A stretch of 63,956 bases of DNA, the filler included, from Olpidium bornovanus S191 (taxonomy: Eukaryota > Fungi > Olpidiomycota): NCBI GenBank assembly GCA_017911155.1. It is 28 parts of 28 records of this genome, joined end to end, with 100 filler letters (N's around TTAATTAATTAA, not from the genome) between each part and the next. Parts side by side here need not be neighbours in the genome. Positions count along the whole stretch, not along the records: positions 11,047 to 13,452 come from JAEFCI010002791.1; positions 13,553 to 15,306 come from JAEFCI010002946.1; positions 15,407 to 17,221 come from JAEFCI010009642.1; positions 17,322 to 21,234 come from JAEFCI010002316.1; positions 21,335 to 22,811 come from JAEFCI010011076.1; positions 22,912 to 24,751 come from JAEFCI010007071.1; 22 more parts are not named here. One strand, given 5' to 3'. Shown here piece after piece: positions 12,115 through 23,329 of this stretch (positions within the stretch are counted from its first letter, which is position 1; every line of letters starts with the position of its first letter). The translations under genes and the position numbers were made by a program. The notes below the pieces were generated by a model. It searched no databases and had not been told where the DNA came from. It saw only the letters and a list, made by a program, of their open reading frames with translations.

Positions 12115-13452
12115 TCACCCGGCGGGCGGTTCATCGGGTGTCCGCGTTTCCGAGTTTCGGTCCAGCTCGATGCAGAAGGTTTGCTCGGGACCGCAAACCT
12201 GGCGGCCGGAATGGCTGTCGTCGAGCTGCCCGGATTCGGCGCGTCAGAGGACTTGGTTGGGATGGTAAGTAGGAACCAAAAGATGAAAAAGAACAAAAGA
12301 GAGAAAAAAAATAGAAAGAACGAGCAACAGGGAAACACGCACCGTAAGCTGGTGGTAGAGGTCCACCGGTCTGTTCCTCTCGGAATCGGCGAAAAACAGC
12401 CGAGCCCGCACCGGAAATTCACCCCATCCGTAGCGGACCAAGTGGAACGGCGGGTCTACAACGTCCACGACATCGTGTGGGCGGTACGAGGCGTGCAAGT
12501 AGAAGCGAACGCGGCGAACGAACGACCCTATTGGCGGGTCCTGCATGTAAAAAAGGCCGGAAAAGCGTTATCACCTGGACAACACGTACCAGTCCTGTCC
12601 GCTGTTCTAGACGCAGCGGTAAACCAGCGCACCCCGTAAGCACATAACACGTCGACATTACTCACCCCTGGAGGGCAATCGACGTACATCATCCATTGAT
12701 GCGATTTCTCGGCCATGTCTGGGGAACGTTTGTCTTCCAAGCGGGCAACGATCAGACGCGTTGCCAAACACGTGCCCACAAATGGCCACTTCCCCCGCAC
12801 AATGACAGCTTCACGCACTCACCTGGCGGGATGTACCTCGAAACATTCCCTATAATCACACTCCTCTTCACGTGGAACCGCGACCCCGTGTCCGTCGCGG
12901 CATGGTAAACAGGGGCGGGTGGCGGTGACCTTCGCTCGCGAGCCGCCGTTTCGACAGCCGCTTCGGGGTGGGCGGACGGTCTGTTGTCGATCGCGCGGAC
13001 GGAGTGGTCGTACGATTCGTCGATGAGGACCGCCTCACCGGCCGTGTTCCGCGCGAGGGACGTCTCGAATTCTGGAGGTCCCGTCGGGATCGCGTCGCCG
13101 GCAGAATCTGCCGATTCCATGCGCTGGCGTTTCCGCGGCGAAACGGGCCGCGAAGTGTCCGCCTTGCCGTCCTCCTTGACAACATCAGGTACGGAGTCAG
13201 CAATCTCGACGTCCTCATCGTATTCTTTGATTTCCGGCTGTTCAAGGTATTGGGGGAAGCGGCAGGGGGACGGGAGGAAAAGGGGTGAGATCTTAATGAA
13301 ACGAAAGAGGCCATTCTGATCATCGCAAACTACGCGCTTCGAGCAAGCGGACTCACCCTTAGTAGTGGTTTCGGACTTCTACGAACGAAAATGGCCCAAG
13401 GTTGGATGTATTCACGAGTTAGCAAAGAAAAGCCCATAAATGGAATGGCATG
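12115..13452 (-). CDS. YEATS-domain protein, YEATS2-like, partial
   Basis: Exons give VKRSVIIGNVSRYIPP...SHQWMMYV...FVRRVRFYLHASYRPHDVVDVVDPPFHLVRYGWGEFPVRARLFF...VDLYHQL...LDDSHSGRQVCGPEQTFCIELD. Confidence 0.88.
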
Positions 13453-13735
13453 NNNNNNNNNNNNNNNNNNNNNNNNNNNNNNNNNNNNNNNNNNNNTTAA
13501 TTAATTAANNNNNNNNNNNNNNNNNNNNNNNNNNNNNNNNNNNNNNNNNNNNCGGTTCCTTGCAGCACTTTAGATGTTTTGGCCCCATTTATGTGATGAT
13601 CTCGTCAGGCAGTTTCCTGCATTGTGTGCAGATTGTCGAGGTTCGGTACCATGGCTGCATCCAACCAGACAAACAAAAAAAAGGTCGAGCTCACAGGAAT
13701 ACAATGGCTCTGAACACTGCAATCTCGCGCCCACA

Positions 13736-13886
13736 GAGCCCCGCCCAGCCAAGGTGTGTGTATCTCAAGATAACGGGTGCAAGCCCCGCACAGCCAGAGC
13801 CCCGCCCAGCCAAGATAACGGGGGCAAGGCGCCCCCCCCCCCACTGAGCCCCGCCCAGCCAAGGTGTGTGCATCTCAAGATAACGG
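13736..13886. repeat. Tandem repeat family A (core AGCCCCGCMCAGCCA, 4 copies)
   Basis: 41-nt units at 13736 and 13846 differ by one base; a shortened unit at 13797 and a partial one at 13781. Confidence 0.93.
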
Positions 13887-13910
13887 CGCGAAGTTCTTTA
13901 AACTTGCGCT

Positions 13911-14084
13911 GCCGATTAAATGCCGTGCGGGTTGTTACCGGGGGAAAACGGTCGCGCTATAAACTCGCGGCGGGAAAATGGGCGCGCTATATACCCGCGC
14001 GCCGCCGATTAAATGCCGTGCGGGTTGTTACCAGGGGAAAACGGTCGCGCTATATACTCGTGGGGGGAAAACGGTCGCGCTCCA
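13911..14084. repeat. Tandem repeat family B (51-nt unit x2; 20-21-nt motif x4)
   Basis: GCCGATTAAATGCCGTGCGGGTTGTTACC[G/A]GGGGAAAACGGTCGCGCTATA at 13911 and 14004. GGGAAAAYGGNCGCGCT-type motif at about 13941, 13972, 14034 and 14064. Confidence 0.93.
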
Positions 14085-14149
14085 TACTTGCGGGAGAGGC
14101 ATCTGGTAAAGTCCTGGGCCGGCAGCCTCTAATCGGAGGTATGTTTCGA

Positions 14150-14539
14150 TCAGTGAAGATTGCACTCGCCTTCAAAGACATAGGTGTTTTCCGAAGTTTT
14201 ACCGGTGCCGGCAGTCGGCGGCCCAACCCCCGAGGTGTAACCACGGCGCCGGCATTTTAACTCGGCTGCGGCAAAAGCGCAGTCCTGTAAAGCCTTGTCG
14301 TTTTCATCCTCAACTTGGATTTGGATTACGTTGAATGGAATATTCAAATCGAAATTCAGAAAAACTGTGATGCTATCCACATTGCAATAACCGACGATTT
14401 CTTTAAAGATCCGATGCCGGTCGTGGCAGGAGCAATACTACAGCTCATCGCTGGTGATTGCAGAGGTAACTTGAAGGGCAGAGAGAGCGGCCAGAGACGC
14501 GGCGACCAGCGCGGCGCAGAAGCTCAATTTGCCAGACAT
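14150..14539 (-). pseudogene. Small secreted Cys-rich protein with one in-frame TAG (pseudogene, base error or unusual splice)
   Basis: MSGKLSFCAALVAASLAALSALQVTSAITSDEL*YCSCHDRHRIFKEIVGYCNVDSITVFLNFDLNIPFNVIQIQVEDENDKALQDCAFAAAELKCRRRGYTSGVGPPTAGTGKTSENTYVFEGECNLH*. Signal-peptide-like N-terminus, six Cys after it, TAG at 14440-14438. Confidence 0.65.
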
Positions 14540-14546
14540 TGTAAAT

Positions 14547-14586
14547 GATGTGAAGTGCGGGATGTGAAGTGCACGATGTGAAGTGC
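14547..14586. repeat. GATGTGAAGTGC x3, 14-nt period
   Basis: Exact 12-mers at 14547, 14561 and 14575, directly upstream of the ATG at 14539 on the minus strand. Confidence 0.95.
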
Positions 14587-15772
14587 GAAGGGGTGGTAAA
14601 TGTTCGATGCAGAAGAAAGATTCTTGCTGACGAAGGGCCTGTTTTCATAAGCGCGGCCAGGTTCGGAAGCGAGGTAACGGTGCAAGACACGACAAGGGCA
14701 ACGCCCCGACACCATGCGCCCCGATTCCGCCCACGTGTTGTTTGGAAATCCTGCTGGCCCACGTGATGTTTCCGCCATGCCACGCCGGGTCGCGCCAAAT
14801 AAAAACCTACCGTTTTTGGCGAGTTGCGAATTCTCCGAAACTCATTGCGACCGAGACAGTGTCGGGGGGGGGGGGGTTTTCCGAGCGCGCCGCTTCACCG
14901 AAACGAGACTGCATCCTCGGCCAACGGTTACACCGCGCCCATTCTTAAATGGCATGTTTTGAGGGATTTCCCTGACGTACGTAGCCCATATGCGCAAGAG
15001 CTGGCTGGATTCGCAAAACAACAAAACTTTCATTTGGAATCCATTCGCCTTTCTGGAGTTAGGAGCGCATTACATATTTCATTGAATTCAGGGAGCTGGT
15101 CTCTATTTTCAGTCTGATGAGCATCCAGCCGGGCCACTCCTCGTGCTCAGATTGGACCTCGTTATGGCTGCTCATCTAGTTCGAGCTGTCGCTTCTTTGT
15201 ACGAGTCGATCAAAAAGGTTTTGAGGTAGTCTCCCATGCGGCTGTACCGCCGTCACGGCTGATGTCACTAAATTCCGGTCGCCGCGTGTCCATTATCCTG
15301 ATCTTCNNNNNNNNNNNNNNNNNNNNNNNNNNNNNNNNNNNNNNNNNNNNTTAATTAATTAANNNNNNNNNNNNNNNNNNNNNNNNNNNNNNNNNNNNNN
15401 NNNNNNCATGAACGGCAAATCCAGCATATTCATTTCCGATCCCCCCCCCCCCCTCGTGGTTCAGAAAACCGCTGTGGGACGGCAGAAACCCCGTTCTTTG
15501 CCCTGGCGTAGCTGCAACCAGGACCCGCGAGGTCCAATGTCGCGCGGGCTGCAGCGCCTTCGGGGCTTTGCCCGCCCCTCAGGGACAAGTATGCATGTCA
15601 GTGGTGTGTGCATCACGGCGGGAACTGGGACGCTCAGAGCCCCGCCCTCTGCCTTCAACATCCGACTAGCGGAAGCAGGACGAGACCCGCGCCCGGCCCC
15701 GCGCCCGGCCCCGCCCCGTTTCGTACGCGAGCACGCGCACACGCGCACAGGCCCGACGCCCGCGAGCCCCTC

Positions 15773-17065
15773 ATGAGCACCCAGCGCCGGTTCTCGCCGC
15801 TCGATCTATTCAAGTTTAACAACGTGTGCGTACGTAACGGCTGCCGGATAACCCCTGCCGGCTGAAAACGGCTTCTTCTGCGTCGACCTTAACACCACGC
15901 CCTCCCTTCCTTCTCCGCGGCGCGCGGCACCTGCAGGAACCTGGACTCGCTGACCGAAACGGTAGACGGCGCCTCGCACCGTGGGACGCTCAGTTTTTTA
16001 CGCTTCGACGAGACTCGCCGGCGTTTCCCCGTGCAGGGTGACGATGTTGACCACAAATCCGACCACTCCCTCCCTCACTTTGCACCCCTCCACTCCCCCT
16101 CCCCCGGCAGTACAACATATCTTTCTACCTGCAATACCTTGCAAGATGGCCGGACCTCTTCGCCGCGACCGAGCACGCGAACGGCACAATCATGGGATAC
16201 AGTTAAGTAGGGTGAACTGTGGGGAAAAGTGGGGGGGGGGGGGGGGGGTGGGGGGGGGCGGGGGGGGGGAGGGGGGGGGGGGGGGGGGGGGGTGTGGTGG
16301 GAAGGGGAAGGAAGGCGATCGACTCCCGTGTGCCCCGCGCGCTCGTTTCTCAACTCGCACCTTCTTCGTTCCGTCAAAAGTGATGGGCAAAGCCGAGGGC
16401 GTCGGTAAAGAGTGGCACGGCCACGTCACGGCCGTAACCGTTGCGCCCGAGTTCAGGCGGCTGGGCCTCGCCGCGCAGATGATGGCGTGGCTCGAGGAGG
16501 TGTCGGATAAGACCTACGACGTAAGCGAGAACCTCCCGCCCCGATTTTCGTGAAGTGTTTTTTTCCTGGACGTTTGGTTCGAATTCCCTCGTCTCCTCCC
16601 TCCACACCCCCGCGCCAATGTCGTCTGGTCCGGGGTGCCCCTGCTGTCGCTTACCTCATTGCATTGCAAAAAAGGCGTATTTTGTCGACCTCTTCGTCAG
16701 GGTGTCCAACTCCGTGGCTATCGACATGTACAAACGGTTTGGTTACTCGGTTTACAGAAGGGTAATCGGGTACTACGCAGGGCCGCACGACGAGGACGCC
16801 TTTGGTAAGTTTCGGGGGGGGGGGGGGGGGGGGGTTTTCGAAGGAGCTCTTCCTGGTCTCATTCCCCACCCCTCGCCCGTCCCGCCTCTCGCCTTCATCC
16901 CATTTGCTGTCTGTTGACTTTTTGGTTCATTGTGCCCGTCCGGTACGTGCCTTCATGAAAATCGTTGTGTTTGGGTTCTCAGACATGCGAAAAGCGCTGC
17001 CGAGAGACGTGAAGAAGGAGAGCGTTGTACCACTGGATCGGGCCGTTTACCCGCACGAATTGTGA
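15773..17065 (+). CDS. NAT3: NatB N-terminal acetyltransferase catalytic subunit, complete, 6 exons
   Basis: MSTQRRFSPLDLFKFNNVNLDSLTETYNISFYLQYLARWPDLF...MGKAEG...WHGHVTAVTVAPEFRRLGLA...AYFVDLFVRVSNSVAIDMYKRFGYSVYRRVIGYY...EDAFDMRKALPRD...HEL*. Confidence 0.96.
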
Positions 17066-17500
17066 AAGACGTATTCCGGCGCGGTCCTGCGATGGCGGCC
17101 GTTCATTCTCGATTGGATTGTTCAAAGTGTTCCGAAAGGAAGCATAGTAGACTCCTGGCAAGCCGGAGGGGGAAACGTACAGTCCAACGCTATAACGGCG
17201 TGGTAGCGGTGGTAGCGGGGGNNNNNNNNNNNNNNNNNNNNNNNNNNNNNNNNNNNNNNNNNNNNTTAATTAATTAANNNNNNNNNNNNNNNNNNNNNNN
17301 NNNNNNNNNNNNNNNNNNNNNCTTAACTCTTGGGATTATGACTGGTTTCCTCAAAGCAATTAGAATGTGCGTCCCTCAAATTGCCTAAGGCATCGTGCCA
17401 GCCGTTTTTCAATTATGTGTCGATTAGATTAGATATATCATGTTCCGCTCCATCAAGTGAGGAGGCAGGTTGTAAAATGCATTCCGCTCGCAGCTTTCCT

Positions 17501-17582
17501 TAAAACCAAAACCTCAAACCAAAACCTAGAACCAAGACTTCGAACAAAACTAAAACCTAAAACCAAGACTTCGAACAAAACC
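17501..17582. repeat. A/C-rich repeat with 31-nt tandem duplication
   Basis: AAAACCTA[G/A]AACCAAGACTTCGAACAAAAC at 17521 and 17552, preceded by AAACCAAAACCT units. Confidence 0.85.
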
Positions 17583-17919
17583 AAAAAACTTTCTGTCCCC
17601 AACGGACGTCGCCCCGTCACACCCTTCACGACAACAAAAAAAAAAAGTCCCGGGAAAGCACAAAACAAGCGGCCGCCGCTTCGCGGCGGATTGCCCTCCT
17701 CGTCATAGCATATTTTTTTTTCTTTTTTCGCTCGCACGAAACGCAAAATGACGAAGCCCGACGTTTACCGAAAAACAGAAGATTCCGTTGTTGTTGCTTT
17801 TTTGTTTTGTTTTGTTTTTTTTTTTATAGAAAATTTCTCGTGGGTTGGTCGAAAATTCCCTGCAGGCGAGTTTCGTCAAAACCCAAGCCGGATGACAGGA
17901 CGAAACCCTCGTTTTATTG

Positions 17920-20900
17920 TTAAGACGTGCGGAGCAGGTCCACCAGCCACTTCACCCCGACCATCCACCCGGAGACCTCGCCCGACCTCCGTGTTAGCAG
18001 GTCAACGTGTATCCGTTGTGCGGTGGCGTAGTCGTGGGCTTCCAGAGCTGGCGTGCGACGGCAGAGAAGGGGAGGAAAATGCGGTAAGGTTCGGATCTGT
18101 TCGAATGACCAGTCCACCTTCGCGCAAAGCAAACCCAAAATAACGAGGCGTCAAAACCTTGGACGAGGAGGAGCATTTCCTCGACGACAGGCGGCGAAAC
18201 CTCCTCGTTATTCAGGCCGTCGAAGAAGATGTTCAGGCGCCGCTCGGCGTCGTCCAACATCTTTTTGTTCTTCAGCTAAAGCGGCGAGACGCAGGCCCGG
18301 GGTAAGTCTGCTGGACAACGGGCGAACGACGGGGAAAGATCAAAGCTTGCCAAAAGCAGCGTTATTCGCACCGTCGCGTTTGCGGGCGACGCTTTGAGCC
18401 TGGCCAGTTCCGCCGAAAGGACATTGAATATCGGCTTGTGAGCGGCTGGAATGTGCGAGCGGTCGCCCGCGGCTGTCGAGACGTTTTACATTTGAGCAAG
18501 AGTTAACGGGGGCATCAACTCCCCCCCCCCCCCCCCCCCCTCCGGAACGTAACGCGGCAACTATCGAGAACGGAAACACTCACGGTGTCTGCTGCTCTGC
18601 GGTGTCGGCACCGGGGTAGGTGTCTTGGCCGGCTGCTGGGGAGGCCCGGGCGGATGGTGGTGCTGAGGTTGATTCGGCATGGCGTGCCCAAATGGTGTTT
18701 GATATCCACCCTGCGCGCCGTATGGAGGTGTCGGGGGGGTGCCGATCATTTGCTGGGGGTGTTGCTGAGCATGCGCGCCTCCTCCGGCCGCAGGGGCGTA
18801 CTGCGCATAGTTCGATACGGGCCCAGAGGGAGCTGAGGGCTGCATAGTGTGTGCAGCCGCCGGCTGATGGAAATAAGCACCGGCTACGGGAGCTTTGGCG
18901 CCTGCCGGCGGAGGCCCGGGAGGCGGGGGACCCGGAGGCGGCTGAGGGTGCGATCCATACGCGCCCTGGAACGATGTCGGAGCGCCGTGCTGAGTAACAG
19001 CGGACGGAGCCGGCGGGAAGGCCGCAACGTTCGGGAAGGGGGATGTGATGGGCGCCTTGGCTTGGCCTGGCACCGCCGCGGCAACGGCCTGCCTTTTGGA
19101 AACGATAGGGGCGTCGTTCCAACCTTTCTGCGCGGCTGCCGAAGTTGCAGCTGTTGCAGGAGGGGGAGGCGTCGCGGAAGCCGTCTGGTCTTGATACGCG
19201 GATGTTGTTGCGGGAGTGGCCTGATACGTGGCGTACGGACTTGCATGGTGCTGTGTGTACGGCGAGGGCACGGACGGGGGTGCCCCAGTCGGCTGATACT
19301 GATTGGCCTGGGTGGCGACCGCGGAAGAAGGGAAATTGCCATACGGGTTATTGTAGGTGTTGGTGACACTGGCCGGTTGGTGCACCTGAGGTTCCACGTT
19401 CGCCCCGGCGTAACCCTGGTATTGCGCGGGCTGGTACTGCGTTTGCGGGCCAGTCGATCCCTGCGTCCACTGCTGCGGTTTCTGCATTGCCTGAGGCTGT
19501 TGGGGGACGTTCTGCTGCTGATTGATATCCGGCGTGTACTCCTGGGCGTACTGCTGCGTAATGCCATGTGGGAAAATTTCCTGGATCGCGAATGGGAACG
19601 TTACATCCTGGGGCGCCCCAGCCGCATCCGTCACGGAGGCGGACCTGAAGATTCGATCCTTAACGACGGAAAACGCTTCCTGCCTTGAACTGTAACCACG
19701 CGGGGTTAAGTTGAGGTATCTGAGCGCGGTTGAAACCTGGCCTTGATTTGCGAGCAAGTTGGCGTACTCGCAGTACTTGTCGTACAGCATAGCCATGTGC
19801 GGTGGCACCTTCACGTCGTCTCCAGCAGTCTCACCGGCGGCTAGGTTCGTGTCAACAAAATCTATGGCTTTGCGGAACACAGTAATCTTTTCGACGAAAT
19901 CCTGCATGGAACGTCCATGGAGATCATACTTGCTGGCAACCGCGCGGTTACTCTCCGGACCAGGGGTCTCCGCAGTGTGCGAGGTTCCCTCCTCATCTTC
20001 CTCCTGTTTGTGCAACCAAATGGACACAACTTTCTGAAGGTTGCCCGCGGCGAGGTAGCAGAGCACGGCGTCTTGACGAAGTTTACTGTAGAGTGCAGAA
20101 TCTGTGCCGGCGCGTGTGCGCTCGTACTCTTGCTCGATGCGAAAACCCAGACGCTCACACAGCGGGCCAAAGTCCTTGGTGGCGGCGTAAGTGCAAATGA
20201 TAGCCAGAATTTGGTCCCATTCCGAAATGTCAGCCCCGTCGACGATGCTTGCCAGGTCGCCGCGGACGATGCTGGCAAGTGTCCGGATGTAGGGCGCTCC
20301 GTGCTTATGCCGCTCAAAGTATACGTTTTGCAGGCGCTTAAGCAGGTCGTCGCCGCCGCACACGGCGAGCACCATTGCATCCAGCAGCCGGTCCGACTCC
20401 AGGCAGAACTGCACAGCCGACTCGAATTCCCCAAGAACGATCGATTTAGTGACCAGCGTATCTATCTCCGTGTTCCCATCCGGAAAGATGCGGAATGGCT
20501 CCGACACGCGTGCGGGCATCGCCGGAGACGTCGGCAAAACAGCTGCGAAGTCGTCACTAGCCACCGCATCATCCGCCTTGGGTGCAAAAACCTCGTCGGC
20601 ATCGTTTCCTTGGCCAAAAAGACCCGACACGCCGTCCGCTGTCGTGGGCAAAGCAGTTTCGCCCTTGCCACTGCGCTCGTCCAAGCCCTCTTCTGACCCC
20701 GGCTTCTCATCGTTTGCATCCTTTTCTTTCTGCGACTCACCCCCGTCTTTCTTTTTTTCCGGCTCTCTTTCATCTCGTTCACTCACTCCTAGCGTGCCGA
20801 ATTTGGCTGTCACCTCCTTCAGCAAAGCAGACTTCTCAAACCCAAGATACGAGATCAACTTTTCCCGCGCATTGCGCTCGAATAGAACGCGAAGAACCTT

Positions 20901-21234
20901 CCAACTAGCGGCGTCTTCACGTGAGGGCGCGGAAAGCTCCCTCGCTTCGCAGAGCGTACAGAAATTCTTCGTCTCAAACGACCTCTCGAGCTCGGCAGAC
21001 ATTGCTGACACGTCCTCCAGGATTGGGATGGTGTAAATGGAGACGCTGAACGACCTGATCGCGGGCTGTTGAGGGGCCCCCGGAACCGAAGGGCTTGGAC
21101 GTCCGTGCGACAGCATGGTAATCTTACCGCCAAAACCGAACACGGCCCCGACTGGTCTACGCAACCACTTGGGTGGCTGCTTCAATGACAAAGACGGCGT
21201 GTGGGCAGCCGGTTGGTGGTAAGTCGGCGCAAAC
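17920..21234 (-). CDS. SEC31: COPII coat subunit Sec31, 5' truncated (WD40 region missing)
   Basis: LKQPPKWLRRPVGAVFGFGGK, ancestral coatomer element, Pro-rich region with GWNDAP, and C-terminal exons GDRSHIP...LDDAERRLNIFFDGLNN...WMVGVKWLV...*. Confidence 0.96.
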
Positions 21235-21334
21235 NNNNNNNNNNNNNNNNNNNNNNNNNNNNNNNNNNNNNNNNNNNNTTAATTAATTAANNNNNNNNNN
21301 NNNNNNNNNNNNNNNNNNNNNNNNNNNNNNNNNN

Positions 21335-22644
21335 CATGCGGCACAGGGTCAGCGCCTGGGGCCCCGTCCGTTTTATCCGCGCCCCCGGTGGCCTCGGTGG
21401 TAGACTCCAGTACATCCGAAGCCACTTGATCCCCCGCCCCCTCCTCCCGCGCTTTGAGGAAGATGGCGTTGATTCGAAAAATCGACTCTAGTACCGGACG
21501 GCTTACCCGGTTCCTCGTCCTTATTACGCTGCGACATTTTTTTTTGCCACGCGCCGGCTGTGGCCGGAAAAACGTGCAGTTATTTCCCCGTCACAGCAGG
21601 CGCCTCGCGCCAGGAATCCAATTTCTTCCGCATCGCCCGTGGTTGGGCTCCAAAATATCTCGCGCCGGCAAAAAAACATCCCGTAATCGGACTTTCGCGG
21701 CTTTTGCTCCGAACTCGGGCACGTGTTCGCCGCGCAGCGGCCCCCTCGGCACCCTGGCGACCCGGAGGCGGGAGTCACCGCGAATTTTTTTATTTGTTGC
21801 GTGCTTTCCGCGTGATCCTGCAACGGTTCTTTTTCCTTGTTTCGCCGGTGGGGGTTGAGGGGTTGAGGGCGGGGTCGGGGGCGTCCCGAGACTACAGCTC
21901 GGCAGACCGGTTGTCGCGGGAACAACGCGCGCGGTCGCGGCCGCACGACGAGCGAGGTGCGACTCGGAACATCCGCGCGCAGATCCCCCCTACCCCCCCC
22001 CCCCTCCCCCCGCGGCTTAAACGGGGAGTCTTTTTTAAGGAAGCCCGGGAGGGGCGGGGGCCGGGCGGACGTTTGCGCCGCGTTTTGCCTGCCGGATAAG
22101 GCGCCGGTCCAGCGCGCGCGCAGCCGCGGTTCGGATGCGGGTTTCGCGGCGTTTGCCGAGGAGTGCAACGTTGCGGCGCGCAACAATTTCAACAACGGCG
22201 CCCGTCGTGACGGCCGCCGGCCGCGGCATATACCTCCCACCCCCCCATCTGTCCCGCAAGCAACACAAAAGCGTCCTTGCTTTCTGTCCAGGGCGCCGAC
22301 AATTGTAAACTGACACCAGGACACCCGTCTGGTTCAATTTTGCTCCGACTTAAGTACGTATGATAGCTGACGAGGGATTTTGCGATGCGGACAGGATCAG
22401 GATCACGGGGTAAAAGTCGGTTGATGAACGTAGGAATTTCCACTGTAAAGTTGTGCCCGGTTGAGAAGAGCGGTCTTACGGATTCAAACTCTTGAGCCGG
22501 CGCTAGAAGAGAATTCAAGAAGAATTTGAAGGCTAGCCGGCCCGGTCGACGAGTGCAACGAGTGCCGGTTATTGAGCAATGGAAGAAGATCAGAGGCGCC
22601 AAACTCAGCCGGTCCTGCCAAAGCCTCCGTTGCACAAAGAGCAC
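21335..22644 (-). CDS. Unidentified multi-exon gene fragment
   Basis: Protein-like frames AFKFFLNSLLAPAQEFESVRPLF...LVSYHTYLSRSKIEPD and LESIFRINAIFLKAREEG... Family not recognised. Confidence 0.4.
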
Positions 22645-22911
22645 CAGGCGTTATTTTTTTTTCTCCGGGAGAAACCCCCTTTCCCCCCTTCCCCCCCCCC
22701 CCCCAAAAAAAAAAGATAAAACACAGCTAGTTTTGCCTTGGTGTGAGAGAAAAGGAGTGGTGGGAATTGGGAGGAAGGAGGGGAGTGTTTTTTTGTAATG
22801 GTGGTGAGGGGNNNNNNNNNNNNNNNNNNNNNNNNNNNNNNNNNNNNNNNNNNNNTTAATTAATTAANNNNNNNNNNNNNNNNNNNNNNNNNNNNNNNNN
22901 NNNNNNNNNNN

Positions 22912-23270
22912 CACAACACCGACGGCCAAGGCGACGCAGACACGATCCTGCTCAAAAGATACCAGTCGAATATCCCCAAGTACGACGGCCAAGGCGGGGA
23001 CGCCAATTTGGCTATTTTTATATCACCGCATGAAAATATACAAACCGCTTACCTGACATTCTGATGTTAGCCTCGTCCTACTCACAACTTTAAAATTCAC
23101 CGGCGATGCCAGCATATGGTGGCTCTATCGATGCCAGACGGCCGCGATGGATGCATTAAATTTCGGATCACGACCTGAAACGCGTTGAATGACGCTTTAC
23201 GGCGACAATTCGTGACGATCGATGTGCGATTACAGTCGTCTCGGCAGACGTCGTTAACAACGAATCCGCC
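22912..23270 (+). mobile_element. Decayed Ty3/gypsy-type gag fragment
   Basis: Across frameshifts and stops: IPKYDGQGGDANLAIF, VLLTTLKFTGDASIWW, LNDALRRQFVTID. These match the P-x-(F/Y)DG, L-x-G-x-A-x-x-WW and L-x-x-x-F retrotransposon gag hallmarks. Confidence 0.6.
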
Positions 23271-23329
23271 ACCACGCGCACTCGACGGGAAGAGGGCGCT
23301 GTGTCATCGGTACGGAACCGACGGGAAGA

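Noticed and set aside
14438-14440. TAG codon reassignment as the explanation for the in-frame stop
   Set aside because: TAG terminates uS11m (41527-41529) at about the expected C-terminus and the copia pol frame (39080-39082), and no conserved gene here has an internal TAG.
16576-16588. GGTTCGAATTCCC, a tRNA T-loop/B-box-like motif
   Set aside because: It lies in a NAT3 intron with no cloverleaf or A box around it.
17501-17582. Interstitial telomere array
   Set aside because: The units are irregular and contain no run of TTAGGG or any other fixed short repeat.
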